IMG/VR virus record: IMGVR_UViG_3300007609_000010
Span: 18,492 to 82,491 of that record
Direction: 5' to 3' (one strand)
DNA length: 64,000 nucleotides
DNA from: a virus
The translations under genes were made by a program, and so were the position numbers. Below, one piece after another: positions 40,943 to 50,586 of the stretch (position 1 is its first letter; each line of letters begins with the position of its first letter). The notes under the pieces were generated by a model. The model saw nothing but the letters and a program-made list of their open reading frames with translations, was not told where the DNA came from and made no database searches.

Positions 40943-42344
40943 ATTTTGGTATAATGCAGAAAATTCTAAATTAGGAAAATATCAAAGAGATATAGAAAGT
41001 GTTGCAGGAACTCCTACATTCTGTGTATTACCTTGGATACATTTCGCTACTCGTCCGAACGGGGATATGAGATTGTGTTGTAGCGCAAATGCTAGCGGTG
41101 CAGGAGAAGATCACGAAGTAGGCCTTGTTAAAATGGAACATGGCCGCCCTGCAAACTTTGGCAGAGAAACTCCTATGGAGGCATGGAACAATGAATACAT
41201 GAAAAGTGTTCGTACAACTATGTTAAAAGGAGAAATACCTAACAGTTGTCGTAAGTGCTTCGAAGAAGAAAAGGTAGGAGTAGTAAGCAAACGTGTTTGG
41301 GAAACAGGGACATGGCACGAAGATGGAGTAGATATTCCTGAACTTATAAGACAGACCAAAGAAGATGGCACTGTGCCTGAAGAATTGGTGTATCTTGATC
41401 TAAGGCTAGGACATACCTGCAATATTAAGTGCGTAATGTGTTCGCCCCATGACAGTTCAAAATGGGTTAAAGATTGGAAGCAACTAATTCCTGTGCTTCA
41501 GATAGATGAAGTTAAGCAACAGATGCAATGGGATCAATCTGAGTTCAATAACAAGTGGCACGAGAAAGATACATTTTGGGAAGAAATGTATCGTCAAATA
41601 CCAAATCTAAAACAAGTGTACTTTGCCGGCGGCGAACCTCTAATGATCAAAGAACACAAACAGTTTATAGAGGAAATAGTACGTCAAGGATATCAAGATA
41701 AGATTTTGTTAAGATATAACTCTAACGGACTATTAGTAGATGAAGATTTAATTGAATTGTGGAGCAAGTTTAAAAAGGTTAAGTTTGCAGTAAGCATGGA
41801 TGCTGCATACGAACGGGATGAATACATTCGCTTCCCTACAGATTGGGACACTGTGGATCGCACACTACATTTACTAGATAATACGCCTGATAATATACAG
41901 ACAAGTCTTGCAACAGCAATTCAAATATTCAATGTAAAACACCTACCCGACTTCATGAAGTGGAAAGTAGAAAGCGGATTCAAAAAGTTAAACAGTGGCA
42001 CAGTTCCGGGAGGTGTACAAATGGGTGGTGGACTGGTGAATATGCATCTGCTATACATACCTACATTTCTAAGTATACAAATACTTCCCAAAGAAGACAA
42101 ACAAGAAGTTCGCGATTTATATATGAATTTCAAAGACTGGCTTTGGAAGAACTACAGACAGGACGACGACTTCTGGAAAATTAATCCTTACGGATGGCGT
42201 AGATGGGAAGCAGTTCTTGATCATATGGATGCACAAGACAACAGTCATCTGCTTCCGGGATTCAAAGAATATACTAATAAGTTAGACGATATTCGTGGAT
42301 TAGATGCAAAGAAAATATTTCCAGAATTAGCACATTTATTATGA
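40935..42344 (+). CDS. Radical SAM protein with N-terminal twitch-like domain
   Basis: FCVLPW...RLCC...SCRKC; CNIKCVMC; FAGGEP; LDDIRG....IFPEL. Confidence 0.9.
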   Translation: MSKFWYNAENSKLGKYQRDIESVAGTPTFCVLPWIHFATRPNGDMRLCCSANASGAGEDHEVGLVKMEHGRPANFGRETPMEAWNNEYMKSVRTTMLKGEIPNSCRKCFEEEKVGVVSKRVWETGTWHEDGVDIPELIRQTKEDGTVPEELVYLDLRLGHTCNIKCVMCSPHDSSKWVKDWKQLIPVLQIDEVKQQMQWDQSEFNNKWHEKDTFWEEMYRQIPNLKQVYFAGGEPLMIKEHKQFIEEIVRQGYQDKILLRYNSNGLLVDEDLIELWSKFKKVKFAVSMDAAYERDEYIRFPTDWDTVDRTLHLLDNTPDNIQTSLATAIQIFNVKHLPDFMKWKVESGFKKLNSGTVPGGVQMGGGLVNMHLLYIPTFLSIQILPKEDKQEVRDLYMNFKDWLWKNYRQDDDFWKINPYGWRRWEAVLDHMDAQDNSHLLPGFKEYTNKLDDIRGLDAKKIFPELAHLL

Positions 42345-43363
42345 CAGATAAAATTAAAATTATTGAAAATCAACCTATTAGAATTGTTAATTTGCAACCA
42401 AAGGAAGTCTTAGATGTAAGATTTTGGCCAACAGACATATGTAATTTTGAGTGTACATATTGTTTTCCCAATAGTAAAGATGCTGTCTACCGTTATCCTA
42501 AAAACATAGATACGGTTATCAAAAATTTTAGATTATTGTTTGATCTCTATAAAGAAAAGTATAATAAAACCAAATTTGATATTAATCTTGTTGGGGGCGG
42601 CGAGCCTACACTTTGGCCGCACTTTAACGAATTTTGCAAAGGTATTAAAGCAACACACAATGTTGAACTCACTGTAACAACTAACGGCAGTCGTACATTG
42701 AGATGGTGGGCAGACAACTCTCAATATCTAGATAAGGTAACTCTTAGCGTTCATCATGAATTTGCAAACATTGCTCATTCAATCGAAGTTTTAGATTATT
42801 TGTATTCGCAAGACATATCCTGCACTGCACTGATTTTAATGGATGCAGAAGAATTCAATAAATGTAAACAGATAGAACAGGAAATGCAAAAAAGTAAATA
42901 TCCTTGGTTCATAGAAGTAAAACCTATTGTAGATTTTGCAGGAAAAGATAGTAAAAGTTACACCGATGAACAAAAATCTTATATGACTCCAGATTTAAAA
43001 AGATTGCCGGATAGTAAATTTTTGTTAAGCCATATGCAAAATTTTAGAGTGCATGACAGTGTAGCAATTTATGATGAGTTTTCTGTAGAGCCAAAAAGAA
43101 CAAGCGATTATATTAATGAAGGAACTAATTATTATACAGGATGGAATTGTAATGTAGGATTAGAAAATTTAGTTATTGAATATGACGGACAAGTAAAGGG
43201 GTCTTGTCAGGCGCAATTGTTTAAAGATACCAATTTAAATGTATTTAGCGAAGATTTTGAAACCCAATTTAATAAAGTTGCTTTTAATCTGGATACAATT
43301 ACCTGTCCGTTTAACAGTTGCGGTTGTCAACCAGACACACACATAACTAAGTGGCGCTCTTAG
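42341..43363 (+). CDS. Radical SAM protein with C-terminal Cys cluster
   Basis: CNFECTYC, GGGEPT, TTNGSR; YTGWNCNVG...GSC...CPFNSCGCQPD. Confidence 0.9.
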   Translation: MTDKIKIIENQPIRIVNLQPKEVLDVRFWPTDICNFECTYCFPNSKDAVYRYPKNIDTVIKNFRLLFDLYKEKYNKTKFDINLVGGGEPTLWPHFNEFCKGIKATHNVELTVTTNGSRTLRWWADNSQYLDKVTLSVHHEFANIAHSIEVLDYLYSQDISCTALILMDAEEFNKCKQIEQEMQKSKYPWFIEVKPIVDFAGKDSKSYTDEQKSYMTPDLKRLPDSKFLLSHMQNFRVHDSVAIYDEFSVEPKRTSDYINEGTNYYTGWNCNVGLENLVIEYDGQVKGSCQAQLFKDTNLNVFSEDFETQFNKVAFNLDTITCPFNSCGCQPDTHITKWRS

Positions 43364-44240
43364 ATATAGGAATGTCTGCGGCACAGGTACACCAATTACG
43401 AGTACAAATTACCGCATCCTCTGGCACTTCAAAACTGCCATCATAAATATTTCCCAAACTGCCGCCGACTCGGCAAGTTGCACGATGAACATCACCGTCC
43501 CAATTTATCATTAAACTTTCTAAGCCAATATTACAAGTCCATCCTTTAAATTGGTTTTGATGAGTTTTGATTATATCGTTAGCCACATATAGATTGCCGT
43601 CCTCGTCAACTACGTTTTCTTTCACAGTGCCTTCAGTGCTTAAAATCCAGTCTAAGTCCTCAGGCTTATATCGTAAATCATCAAACCAGTCATGATCGCC
43701 TTCTGTCCATCTTATTCTTCTTACTACAGCGGGAATATTCATAGTGCGCAACATGTCCCATGCCTGTCTAACTTTATCCATGTGTTCGTGATGTGCCATT
43801 ACATGAGCTACAATTTGTCTATCGTATTCTTTACCGACGTTAATTGCATTGTTTAAACTTTTAGACCATTGTGCGTTATCAAAGTGCAAGCTGAACACAT
43901 ATTGATTTACAGGCTGTTCAATATACCAGCGAACAGGCCGCAGAGCATTTGTGGTCATGCTTAGCCAGTCTATGTGTTCAGACTGTTTTATGTGTAAGAT
44001 TAATTCTTCTATTTGTGGGTGTACGCTAGGCTCACCACCTGTTAAACTAAGTCTCACTGGATTTGCTAAGTCGTCTAGTTTATCTACAGCATCTAGCATG
44101 TGTTTAATTTCTCTGTGTGGACTGAAGTTGTCATGTATGCTAGGAGGACAATAGGCGCAGTCTAAGTTACATCTTTTACCTATGTTCCATTCAATCTTGA
44201 CAAATTTTTCATGACCCCATCTACTGACTAAATTACGCAT
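43347..44240 (-). CDS. Radical SAM protein with C-terminal Cys cluster
   Basis: CNLDCAYC, TGGEPS; FKGWTCNIG...ATC...CTRNWCTCAAD. Confidence 0.9.
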   Translation of the reverse strand: MRNLVSRWGHEKFVKIEWNIGKRCNLDCAYCPPSIHDNFSPHREIKHMLDAVDKLDDLANPVRLSLTGGEPSVHPQIEELILHIKQSEHIDWLSMTTNALRPVRWYIEQPVNQYVFSLHFDNAQWSKSLNNAINVGKEYDRQIVAHVMAHHEHMDKVRQAWDMLRTMNIPAVVRRIRWTEGDHDWFDDLRYKPEDLDWILSTEGTVKENVVDEDGNLYVANDIIKTHQNQFKGWTCNIGLESLMINWDGDVHRATCRVGGSLGNIYDGSFEVPEDAVICTRNWCTCAADIPISKSAT

Positions 44241-45025
44241 ACATCCTTTATCCTATCAAACTTATAAAGATATTCTAACTCTACATTGTGGTTAATATCT
44301 GCAACAGGAATCATTCCTAAATTCAAATTTTCAAAATTAAACTTTTGAAAACATAACCAAAACTTTATAAGAATTTTTCTAGCAAAAAAGTGTAGTGTAC
44401 TTACAGAAGGACCAAACTTTATCATAAAATCTGCACTGTAATGGCTTTGAGGAAGAATAACTTCTGCAATAGAGTCTCTATCTTTAAACACATCTAATAT
44501 TGGTTTCCCTACATGAGGGTAATTTATGTAGATTGTTCCATGAGACCATTTAAAGGTAAAATGTTTTACATCTTTATCTGTCAATTTCAGCAGTGGAGGA
44601 TTTTTGTAGGTTACAACAATAGTAGGATGATCGCTTTTTCGAATCTGAGATTCTAATTCGTGAATTAAAATATTCAATTTACTTATTGAATGCTGAATAT
44701 CATCGGGCGCATTGTTATACCATTCTGAATTGCCTTCTCCCCCTTTTAAATCTTCAAAAAATTTATGTAGATAATTCAAATCCTTCTGTTTGGTATTTTT
44801 GTCAACTTTGTAGTTAATAAGTTTTTCATAGGAGTTAATATGATCTATTTTTTCATTCAACTCATTTATAATATTCTTATATCCCCAATTAGTGAATCTA
44901 TCGATAGCGTCTAAACAGTAGTTCTTTTGTACTTCATTTAGCCATTTTTTTGCAATATCCGTATCACGAACATTAAAGTATAAATTATAGTCTTCCTTAC
45001 CATTAGTGATTGTTATTTTAAGCAT
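44228..45025 (-). CDS. Hypothetical protein
   Basis: Likely start ATG 45025 (MLKITIT), overlapping the upstream stop. His/Glu motifs LNYLHKFFE, LNILIHELE, YPHVGK. Confidence 0.65.
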   Translation of the reverse strand: MLKITITNGKEDYNLYFNVRDTDIAKKWLNEVQKNYCLDAIDRFTNWGYKNIINELNEKIDHINSYEKLINYKVDKNTKQKDLNYLHKFFEDLKGGEGNSEWYNNAPDDIQHSISKLNILIHELESQIRKSDHPTIVVTYKNPPLLKLTDKDVKHFTFKWSHGTIYINYPHVGKPILDVFKDRDSIAEVILPQSHYSADFMIKFGPSVSTLHFFARKILIKFWLCFQKFNFENLNLGMIPVADINHNVELEYLYKFDRIKDVCVI

Positions 45026-46289
45026 AACGTTTAAACTCGGGATTAACTGAAAAGAACTCTTGATTCCTAGTGGCATCTAAGCTTAAATTGAAGTCTATGC
45101 AATCTTGCCAAAACTCGCTAAGATCGTTTGCTTGTAAAAAATTTATGTTATCTTGTATTTGTTGCAGGGTCACTTGTTCTAGAAGTTTATGTTCTTTTAC
45201 CATTGGATATTCTAAAACTGTTGTTTTCATATCTTCTAGTTCTGCGATAACTCTTTTCTTTAACGGCAGAGGTAAAGTTTGCGCACTCAATGCTCTTGGA
45301 TAATTAACGCGATGAGAATAGAACACTATGCCCATTTTGTTTATGAAGTAATCTATTACTTCTGCAATCTGTAAGATATTATTTGCTTGTACTGTAAATG
45401 CACCTACCACTCTACTAACATTAGGAAACGATTTAAATACCTTTATATTTTCTTCTATTTCCGAAAACTTGCCATTGCCTCTAATATATTCATAAACATT
45501 GTGTATGCCGTCTATGCTTACGTTTACAGCAATGCTTTTAAACTTGGGCCAGTAGTCGTGTATTGTACGTCCGCCTTTAATTCCTAATGTGGTTCCATTA
45601 GTTGCATATTTCAGTTCTATGTTCTCACCATACTGTGCTAATTTGTCAAGAATCTTATAGTGGTAAGGATCCATCAGGGGCTCACCGCCTGCAAATTCAA
45701 CACGCCTAAAGTGAGGTAGGAGTTTTTCAAAACTGTTCCACCAATTGTCACTGTTGTCAAAAGGACCTATATACTGTCCAGGAGTGTCAACTAATGCGTC
45801 CACTGTGGGAATAAGGTAGTTATTTTCTTTCTCATAATGGCTTCGTATTGCGCCCCAATCCTTCCAACTAGTACTGTCAAGTGGATTACACATGCGACAT
45901 TTTAGATTGCAAAGATTGTTAAGTTTGATTTCCATTGTGGGAAATTCAAAAGGCATAGTATAATCGTCTTCTAGCGCATCTAATGCGTCGGGATATAAGT
46001 TGCTACGTGCTTCGGGTATAACGCCCGCTGTGTGACGCTGTCGTAAGCTCTCGACACCCTGATCTTCAAGGTCAAAGCAGGGTTTACAAACATCGGGTCT
46101 TTCATTGTTTAAAACCTGCCTACGCACTTCACGCATGGCATCATTATTCCATGCCTCTTCTAAACTTTCTTTCTGTATCCAGCCGACGGGCTGACTGCGA
46201 CAGCATACTTTAATAGCGCCGTCTTCACGTGTAGCAAGTCCAGTAAAAGGATGCATACAGAATGTACAACTATTTGGTTGCTTGCTCAA
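45018..46289 (-). CDS. Radical SAM protein with N-terminal twitch-like domain
   Basis: FCMHPF...KVCC...VCKPC; CNLKCRMC; FAGGEP; LDATRN. The start is probably TTG 46289; the ORF extends to 46340. Confidence 0.88.
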   Translation of the reverse strand: MSKQPNSCTFCMHPFTGLATREDGAIKVCCRSQPVGWIQKESLEEAWNNDAMREVRRQVLNNERPDVCKPCFDLEDQGVESLRQRHTAGVIPEARSNLYPDALDALEDDYTMPFEFPTMEIKLNNLCNLKCRMCNPLDSTSWKDWGAIRSHYEKENNYLIPTVDALVDTPGQYIGPFDNSDNWWNSFEKLLPHFRRVEFAGGEPLMDPYHYKILDKLAQYGENIELKYATNGTTLGIKGGRTIHDYWPKFKSIAVNVSIDGIHNVYEYIRGNGKFSEIEENIKVFKSFPNVSRVVGAFTVQANNILQIAEVIDYFINKMGIVFYSHRVNYPRALSAQTLPLPLKKRVIAELEDMKTTVLEYPMVKEHKLLEQVTLQQIQDNINFLQANDLSEFWQDCIDFNLSLDATRNQEFFSVNPEFKRYA

Positions 46290-46989
46290 TGCCCCACTCT
46301 CTTTCTTTGCACCAGAAGCATTCTCCGCAAGTAGGAACAATTTGTCCAGGTGTATATGTTGTATAATCTAAGTCGTTGAATATATGTGGATAATCTATCT
46401 TATCACCTTCGCAACTTCTAGTTAAAGCCAACAACCCTTCAATTTTTAAATTATAATATTGTTTAATGATCCAATCTTTCATTATGTGTACAAAGGGATG
46501 ATAGACAGATATCCCCATGTGTGTCATTGCGGGAGAAACATGTCCTTGATTACGATCTTCTAATGCACCGGGAATATCTATACTAGGATTTTTGTTTATA
46601 GCCGCAAACCAAGCATCAAGATTATACTTGTGTCCGATATATTCGTTAAAACTTCTTAAAATTATTTGGTTGCCGCTTTTCAATTTGCCGTACTCGTCAA
46701 TTATATTTGGACCATTTCTACCCCATTCTAGATCTGGAGGTATAAAATTTTTTTCTACATATTTTATGTTACTGAACTTAGATTGCAAATAACTAATTAC
46801 AGTGTCCGCTACATATTCTTGCCACGGCCGGGTCTTCCAACATCTAATTTGATTTGTTATAATTATATCAGCATCAGTATTACTGCATATTAAATAAGCT
46901 AGTAATGCAGAATCGGCCCCGCCGCTTACACTGATTCCTATACGGCTCCATTTTGAATGTATAGGTATTTCGACTTGGTCTATCAGCAT
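46270..46989 (-). CDS. QueC-like PP-loop ATP pyrophosphatase (adenine nucleotide alpha-hydrolase)
   Basis: ISVSGGADS PP-loop; HPF...K; C-terminal TRSC...CGECFWCKER zinc motif. Start ATG 46989. Confidence 0.75.
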   Translation of the reverse strand: MLIDQVEIPIHSKWSRIGISVSGGADSALLAYLICSNTDADIIITNQIRCWKTRPWQEYVADTVISYLQSKFSNIKYVEKNFIPPDLEWGRNGPNIIDEYGKLKSGNQIILRSFNEYIGHKYNLDAWFAAINKNPSIDIPGALEDRNQGHVSPAMTHMGISVYHPFVHIMKDWIIKQYYNLKIEGLLALTRSCEGDKIDYPHIFNDLDYTTYTPGQIVPTCGECFWCKEREWGIEQATK

Positions 46990-46994
46990 AAAAT

Positions 46995-47038
46995 TATTTA
47001 CCAATACAATTTTTTGTCTGTTAACGAACTGATAAATA
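46995..47038. promoter_or_regulatory. Divergent pair of late-like promoter motifs
   Basis: GTAAATA on the minus strand (47001-46995), 5 nt before ATG 46989; ATAAATA on the plus strand (47032-47038), 4 nt before ATG 47043. Confidence 0.6.
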
Positions 47039-47042
47039 GTAT

Positions 47043-47726
47043 ATGCTAACAAAGACTTCCTGTTCAGTAAATAACAAAAATATTCAAGATTGTTACAAAT
47101 ATATTTTAACACAGTATCCATACATTAACTATGACGATAAAATAAAAATGATTCTAAATGAGCCTAGTGGAGATTTCTTCTATGACAAGTGGAACCTAAA
47201 AAGAGAATACAAGGATACTCCACTTGAAAAATTATACAATAGTTTAGAAGGTAGAAAAGGTGAAGCACGCATTATTATAATGCAACCCGGCGACTGTTAT
47301 ATGGCACATAGTGATATTGACAACCGCTGGCATATGAACTTATCAGGTGAGCAGTGTTTTTTAATAGATTTAAATTTACACAACATGTATGAATTGGTAA
47401 AGGATGCAAGTTGGTGGTATATGGATGCCGGAGTTGTACATACTGCTGTAAATTTTGGAGATCATGCAAGAATGCAGCTAGTAGTGCGCGAGTTATTAAA
47501 GAGTAGCAACACAGCTTCCGTTTTTGTATCTATAACCACTCAGGTTGTAAATGGAAGATATATTTTTGATAAGAATATAAGTCCATTCTTGAATTCAGCA
47601 AACAAAGCAGGAAAAATTTCAAATTTCAAATTTGATGGAAGCACTGCTTCGTTTAAGTTGTGCGAAAGTCTACTTGGAAATTTTAAGACGCTTAACTTAG
47701 AAAACATGGTGGTAACATATGAATAA
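47043..47726 (+). CDS. 2OG-Fe(II) oxygenase, aspartyl/asparaginyl beta-hydroxylase-like
   Basis: ARIIIMQPG...AHSD (HxD)...HTAVNFG..ARMQLVV (distal His and Arg). Confidence 0.75.
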   Translation: MLTKTSCSVNNKNIQDCYKYILTQYPYINYDDKIKMILNEPSGDFFYDKWNLKREYKDTPLEKLYNSLEGRKGEARIIIMQPGDCYMAHSDIDNRWHMNLSGEQCFLIDLNLHNMYELVKDASWWYMDAGVVHTAVNFGDHARMQLVVRELLKSSNTASVFVSITTQVVNGRYIFDKNISPFLNSANKAGKISNFKFDGSTASFKLCESLLGNFKTLNLENMVVTYE

Positions 47727-48276
47727 AGAAAAGTTTTTCAAATATGACACAGAAGGGCGTTATGCAAATGCTAATGATGTATACGATGCATATTATGATA
47801 GTACCATTTATACAATGTATTTTAAATCTGAATATTGGTTTCGGCGTGAGCTTTTGGGTATAGAAATGTTGAAAAATAAACCCTATGCTCCGCAAATTAC
47901 TGAAGTGGACGAAGAACAACGATTAGTTTCTTTAGCATATGAAGACAATCTTAATCATATGATACATTTTAACAGATTGCCAAAAAACTATAAACAAAAA
48001 ATTTTAGAAATTAAAAAAGATTTAGAAGATAATGGAATTTACAAACTTAATTTTTATCCTCACACATTTTTCTATAAAAATGAAGATTTTTTTCTTATAG
48101 ACAATTATGCAATTGCTCACGGCGAAGAAAAAATACTTAAAGCAGATATTGAATCTACTATTCACGATAAAGAAAGATTTCCTTTTGTAGGAAATTATTT
48201 GGATATCGTTAAATCGTATAATATTGCCATCCAAAAAAATGTTGGCAATTGGCCGGAAAATTTTATTTGTGGCTGA
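47719..48276 (+). CDS. Degenerate protein-kinase-like fold protein
   Basis: 'FRRELLGIEML...APQI', 'GIYKLNFYPHTFF...FLIDNY' align with kinase alphaC, catalytic-loop and DFG regions; paralogue of 53310. Confidence 0.45.
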   Translation: MNKEKFFKYDTEGRYANANDVYDAYYDSTIYTMYFKSEYWFRRELLGIEMLKNKPYAPQITEVDEEQRLVSLAYEDNLNHMIHFNRLPKNYKQKILEIKKDLEDNGIYKLNFYPHTFFYKNEDFFLIDNYAIAHGEEKILKADIESTIHDKERFPFVGNYLDIVKSYNIAIQKNVGNWPENFICG

Positions 48277-48823
48277 TTATATTGGTAATTGTTCCGAAAT
48301 TATAGATTGGGATAAAGTAGTCCAACAGATTACAAATACAGAGCCGTCTTATGTTGGTCCTACACATGATGTAAACACAGCTAATGTAGAAGGAGCATAT
48401 AATGTTGCCTCTGCGATAAGGTCCGCCGGACACTGCCTATTGTCAGAAGGCGGAAGCATGGGCTGGGGAATGTATTTTCCGGGTAAAGATTTTGAAATGA
48501 CGGTTTTAACCCAATTCTGTAAATATGTTGGACTAGAGGAGTCTTATTTCTGTTGGATCAGCAGCATTAAACCTGGTCATATGGCGCCTTGGCATTGGGA
48601 TATCACCGACGAATATCGGACTATAGGCGAAACAAAAACTGTTCAAAGATTTCATTGTCATATTACAGATCCTCAGCCCGGGCATTTTTTTGTAGTAGAT
48701 GATCATTGCTTTTACAATGAATATAAAGGTGCAATATATAAATGGCCAGAACGATCCAGTTGGCATGCAGGGTCAAATGCCGGTCTATCAACAAAATTTT
48801 TGTTTAATGTTTGGGGAATATAA
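48269..48823 (+). CDS. 2OG-Fe(II) oxygenase-like (cupin) protein
   Basis: WISSIKPGHMAPWHWD (HxD), WHAGSNAG; probable GTG start at 48269. Confidence 0.7.
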   Translation: MADYIGNCSEIIDWDKVVQQITNTEPSYVGPTHDVNTANVEGAYNVASAIRSAGHCLLSEGGSMGWGMYFPGKDFEMTVLTQFCKYVGLEESYFCWISSIKPGHMAPWHWDITDEYRTIGETKTVQRFHCHITDPQPGHFFVVDDHCFYNEYKGAIYKWPERSSWHAGSNAGLSTKFLFNVWGI

Positions 48824-49341
48824 TGAATATAGTTTTAACTGGAGCTACTAGTCCTATAGGCAAAATGTTATACGATCATTATAAAGTTATTTATAATGTA
48901 ACTCCTATAAGCAGATTATATGGCTGGGATTTATATAAAGAAGAGCAACAGGATAGGTTAGTTCAATTAACAAATTCTGCAGATGTTTTTTTGAATATTG
49001 CTCATCTTGGATTTGTCCAAAGTTTCTTATTGGAAAGAAGTAAGGCAAAAATCAATATAAGTTTTGGCAGTTTAATAACAAAGTTTTCCTGGAATCAAAT
49101 GAAATATTATGGCACTCATGAATATATTGCTCATAAGCTTTTTTTAGAATATGTGCATTCTTCAATAAAGAACAGTGCGATAATCAACGTTTCAAAGTTT
49201 GGCCAAGGTTCTAACAATATTCCCGAAGTTGAAGCAGATCAAATAATCTATGCGGTTAACGATATTATTACTAGACGGGCATTTTTGCCAAAGGTTTACG
49301 AAATTACCAATGGCGGAGTGCCCGGACTAGAGCGTGTTTAA
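48823..49341 (+). CDS. Small NAD(P)-binding Rossmann/SDR-like protein
   Basis: IVLTGATSPIG, DVFLNIA, INISFGS, YIAHK (YxxxK); TAATG coupling to the upstream gene. Confidence 0.65.
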   Translation: MNIVLTGATSPIGKMLYDHYKVIYNVTPISRLYGWDLYKEEQQDRLVQLTNSADVFLNIAHLGFVQSFLLERSKAKINISFGSLITKFSWNQMKYYGTHEYIAHKLFLEYVHSSIKNSAIINVSKFGQGSNNIPEVEADQIIYAVNDIITRRAFLPKVYEITNGGVPGLERV

Positions 49342-50586
49342 ATGTAAAAATAAAGATTTATAGTCTGTACCGCGAGTATTATCATAAAGTTTTAACACTC
49401 TTGATCTTTCTTCTACAACTTCTTTAAAATCCTCAGGAGGGTGTTTTATAAAGTTCTTTGTGCTTTTAAGATAATCATATAACTGATTGTTTTCTGCAAA
49501 AAGCTTACTAGATTCAAACTCCAAAACTACCCTTTCTACTAATATCTCTACTTGTTGTCTTAGCTCCGGTGAAAGGTATTGAAACGAAAAATATCTTGGT
49601 TCGTCTACATAATTTATTCTAACAGGAAGTTCTTTTTCTCTCTGTTTAGACCAAAACTCAAATTGTTGTAGAATTTCCTTCATGTCAAAAATATTAAAAA
49701 TGTTAAATGTAGCTGATATTTCTAAATCTATTTCTGTATCGTGTAATAGTTTGAAAAAATTATTTTCTACTTCGGTATATTTACAGGGGAATCTTATAAA
49801 GTTGAATTTTTCTTGTTCTATATGATCAATACTACATAAAAGTCTAAAATTTTTGAACTGTTTAGCCTTTTGTATATATTTAAAATCTGTTTGATAGAGG
49901 TTGGATATAATCTCTAAAGATATTGTTTTATGATGATTGTGTTCTATTGCAAGATCTAATATGTCATTGGTCAGCGGATTTATAAAAGGTTCCCCGCCTA
50001 CTATCTTAAGAAGTTTAAGATTGGGCATTATAGTTAGTAATCTATCTAACATTTTTTTCTGTTGAGATTTTTGATAACGATAAATCTGATCTTTATCTCG
50101 TACGTGTTCCTCTATGTAGTTTAGAGTCTGTGGAAGGTCTACTTGTTTTTGTCTAAAAAATACTAGTTCCGCTTCGTGTTGGGAACTTTCCATCTGCGTA
50201 CACATAATGCATTTGAGATTACATAGATTACCTATCTTAAACTCAAATGTTTCTGGAGTATAATCTAAATAACCGTCTTCGTCTGTTTTGTCTATCAGAG
50301 AAATAAGATAGTCTTCGTCGTAGCTTAGTACTTCTTTTTGTCTTGTAGAAATAAGACCTTGTTGCTCATTTTTCCAGCATCTTGCACAGTTAGGGTGTTG
50401 TATTCCGTTAATAAGATCTTTACGTAATCCTTTGTAAAAATCTCCATTCCAAACTTCGTCTGCATTATAATCTTCTGCCGAAACTCCGATACCTAAGCTT
50501 TCGCAACAGGTACGAAATGTGCCGCTGTTAGTTGTGCTAATATAGTTAAAAGGATATGGACAGATTGTGTCCTTTGAATATTTCAT
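49327..50586 (-). CDS. Radical SAM protein with N-terminal twitch-like domain
   Basis: ICPYPF...RTCC...NCARCW; CNLKCIMC; VGGEP; YDNTRGTD. Confidence 0.9.
   Translation of the reverse strand: MKYSKDTICPYPFNYISTTNSGTFRTCCESLGIGVSAEDYNADEVWNGDFYKGLRKDLINGIQHPNCARCWKNEQQGLISTRQKEVLSYDEDYLISLIDKTDEDGYLDYTPETFEFKIGNLCNLKCIMCTQMESSQHEAELVFFRQKQVDLPQTLNYIEEHVRDKDQIYRYQKSQQKKMLDRLLTIMPNLKLLKIVGGEPFINPLTNDILDLAIEHNHHKTISLEIISNLYQTDFKYIQKAKQFKNFRLLCSIDHIEQEKFNFIRFPCKYTEVENNFFKLLHDTEIDLEISATFNIFNIFDMKEILQQFEFWSKQREKELPVRINYVDEPRYFSFQYLSPELRQQVEILVERVVLEFESSKLFAENNQLYDYLKSTKNFIKHPPEDFKEVVEERSRVLKLYDNTRGTDYKSLFLHLNTL

Noticed and set aside
43347-46989. Canonical 7-deazaguanine DNA modification cluster (queC/queE/dpdA)
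   Set aside because: Only a QueC-like fold is present. The adjacent radical SAM proteins carry extra Cys domains unlike QueE, and no FolE, QueD or DpdA was recognised. Genes outside the window cannot be excluded.
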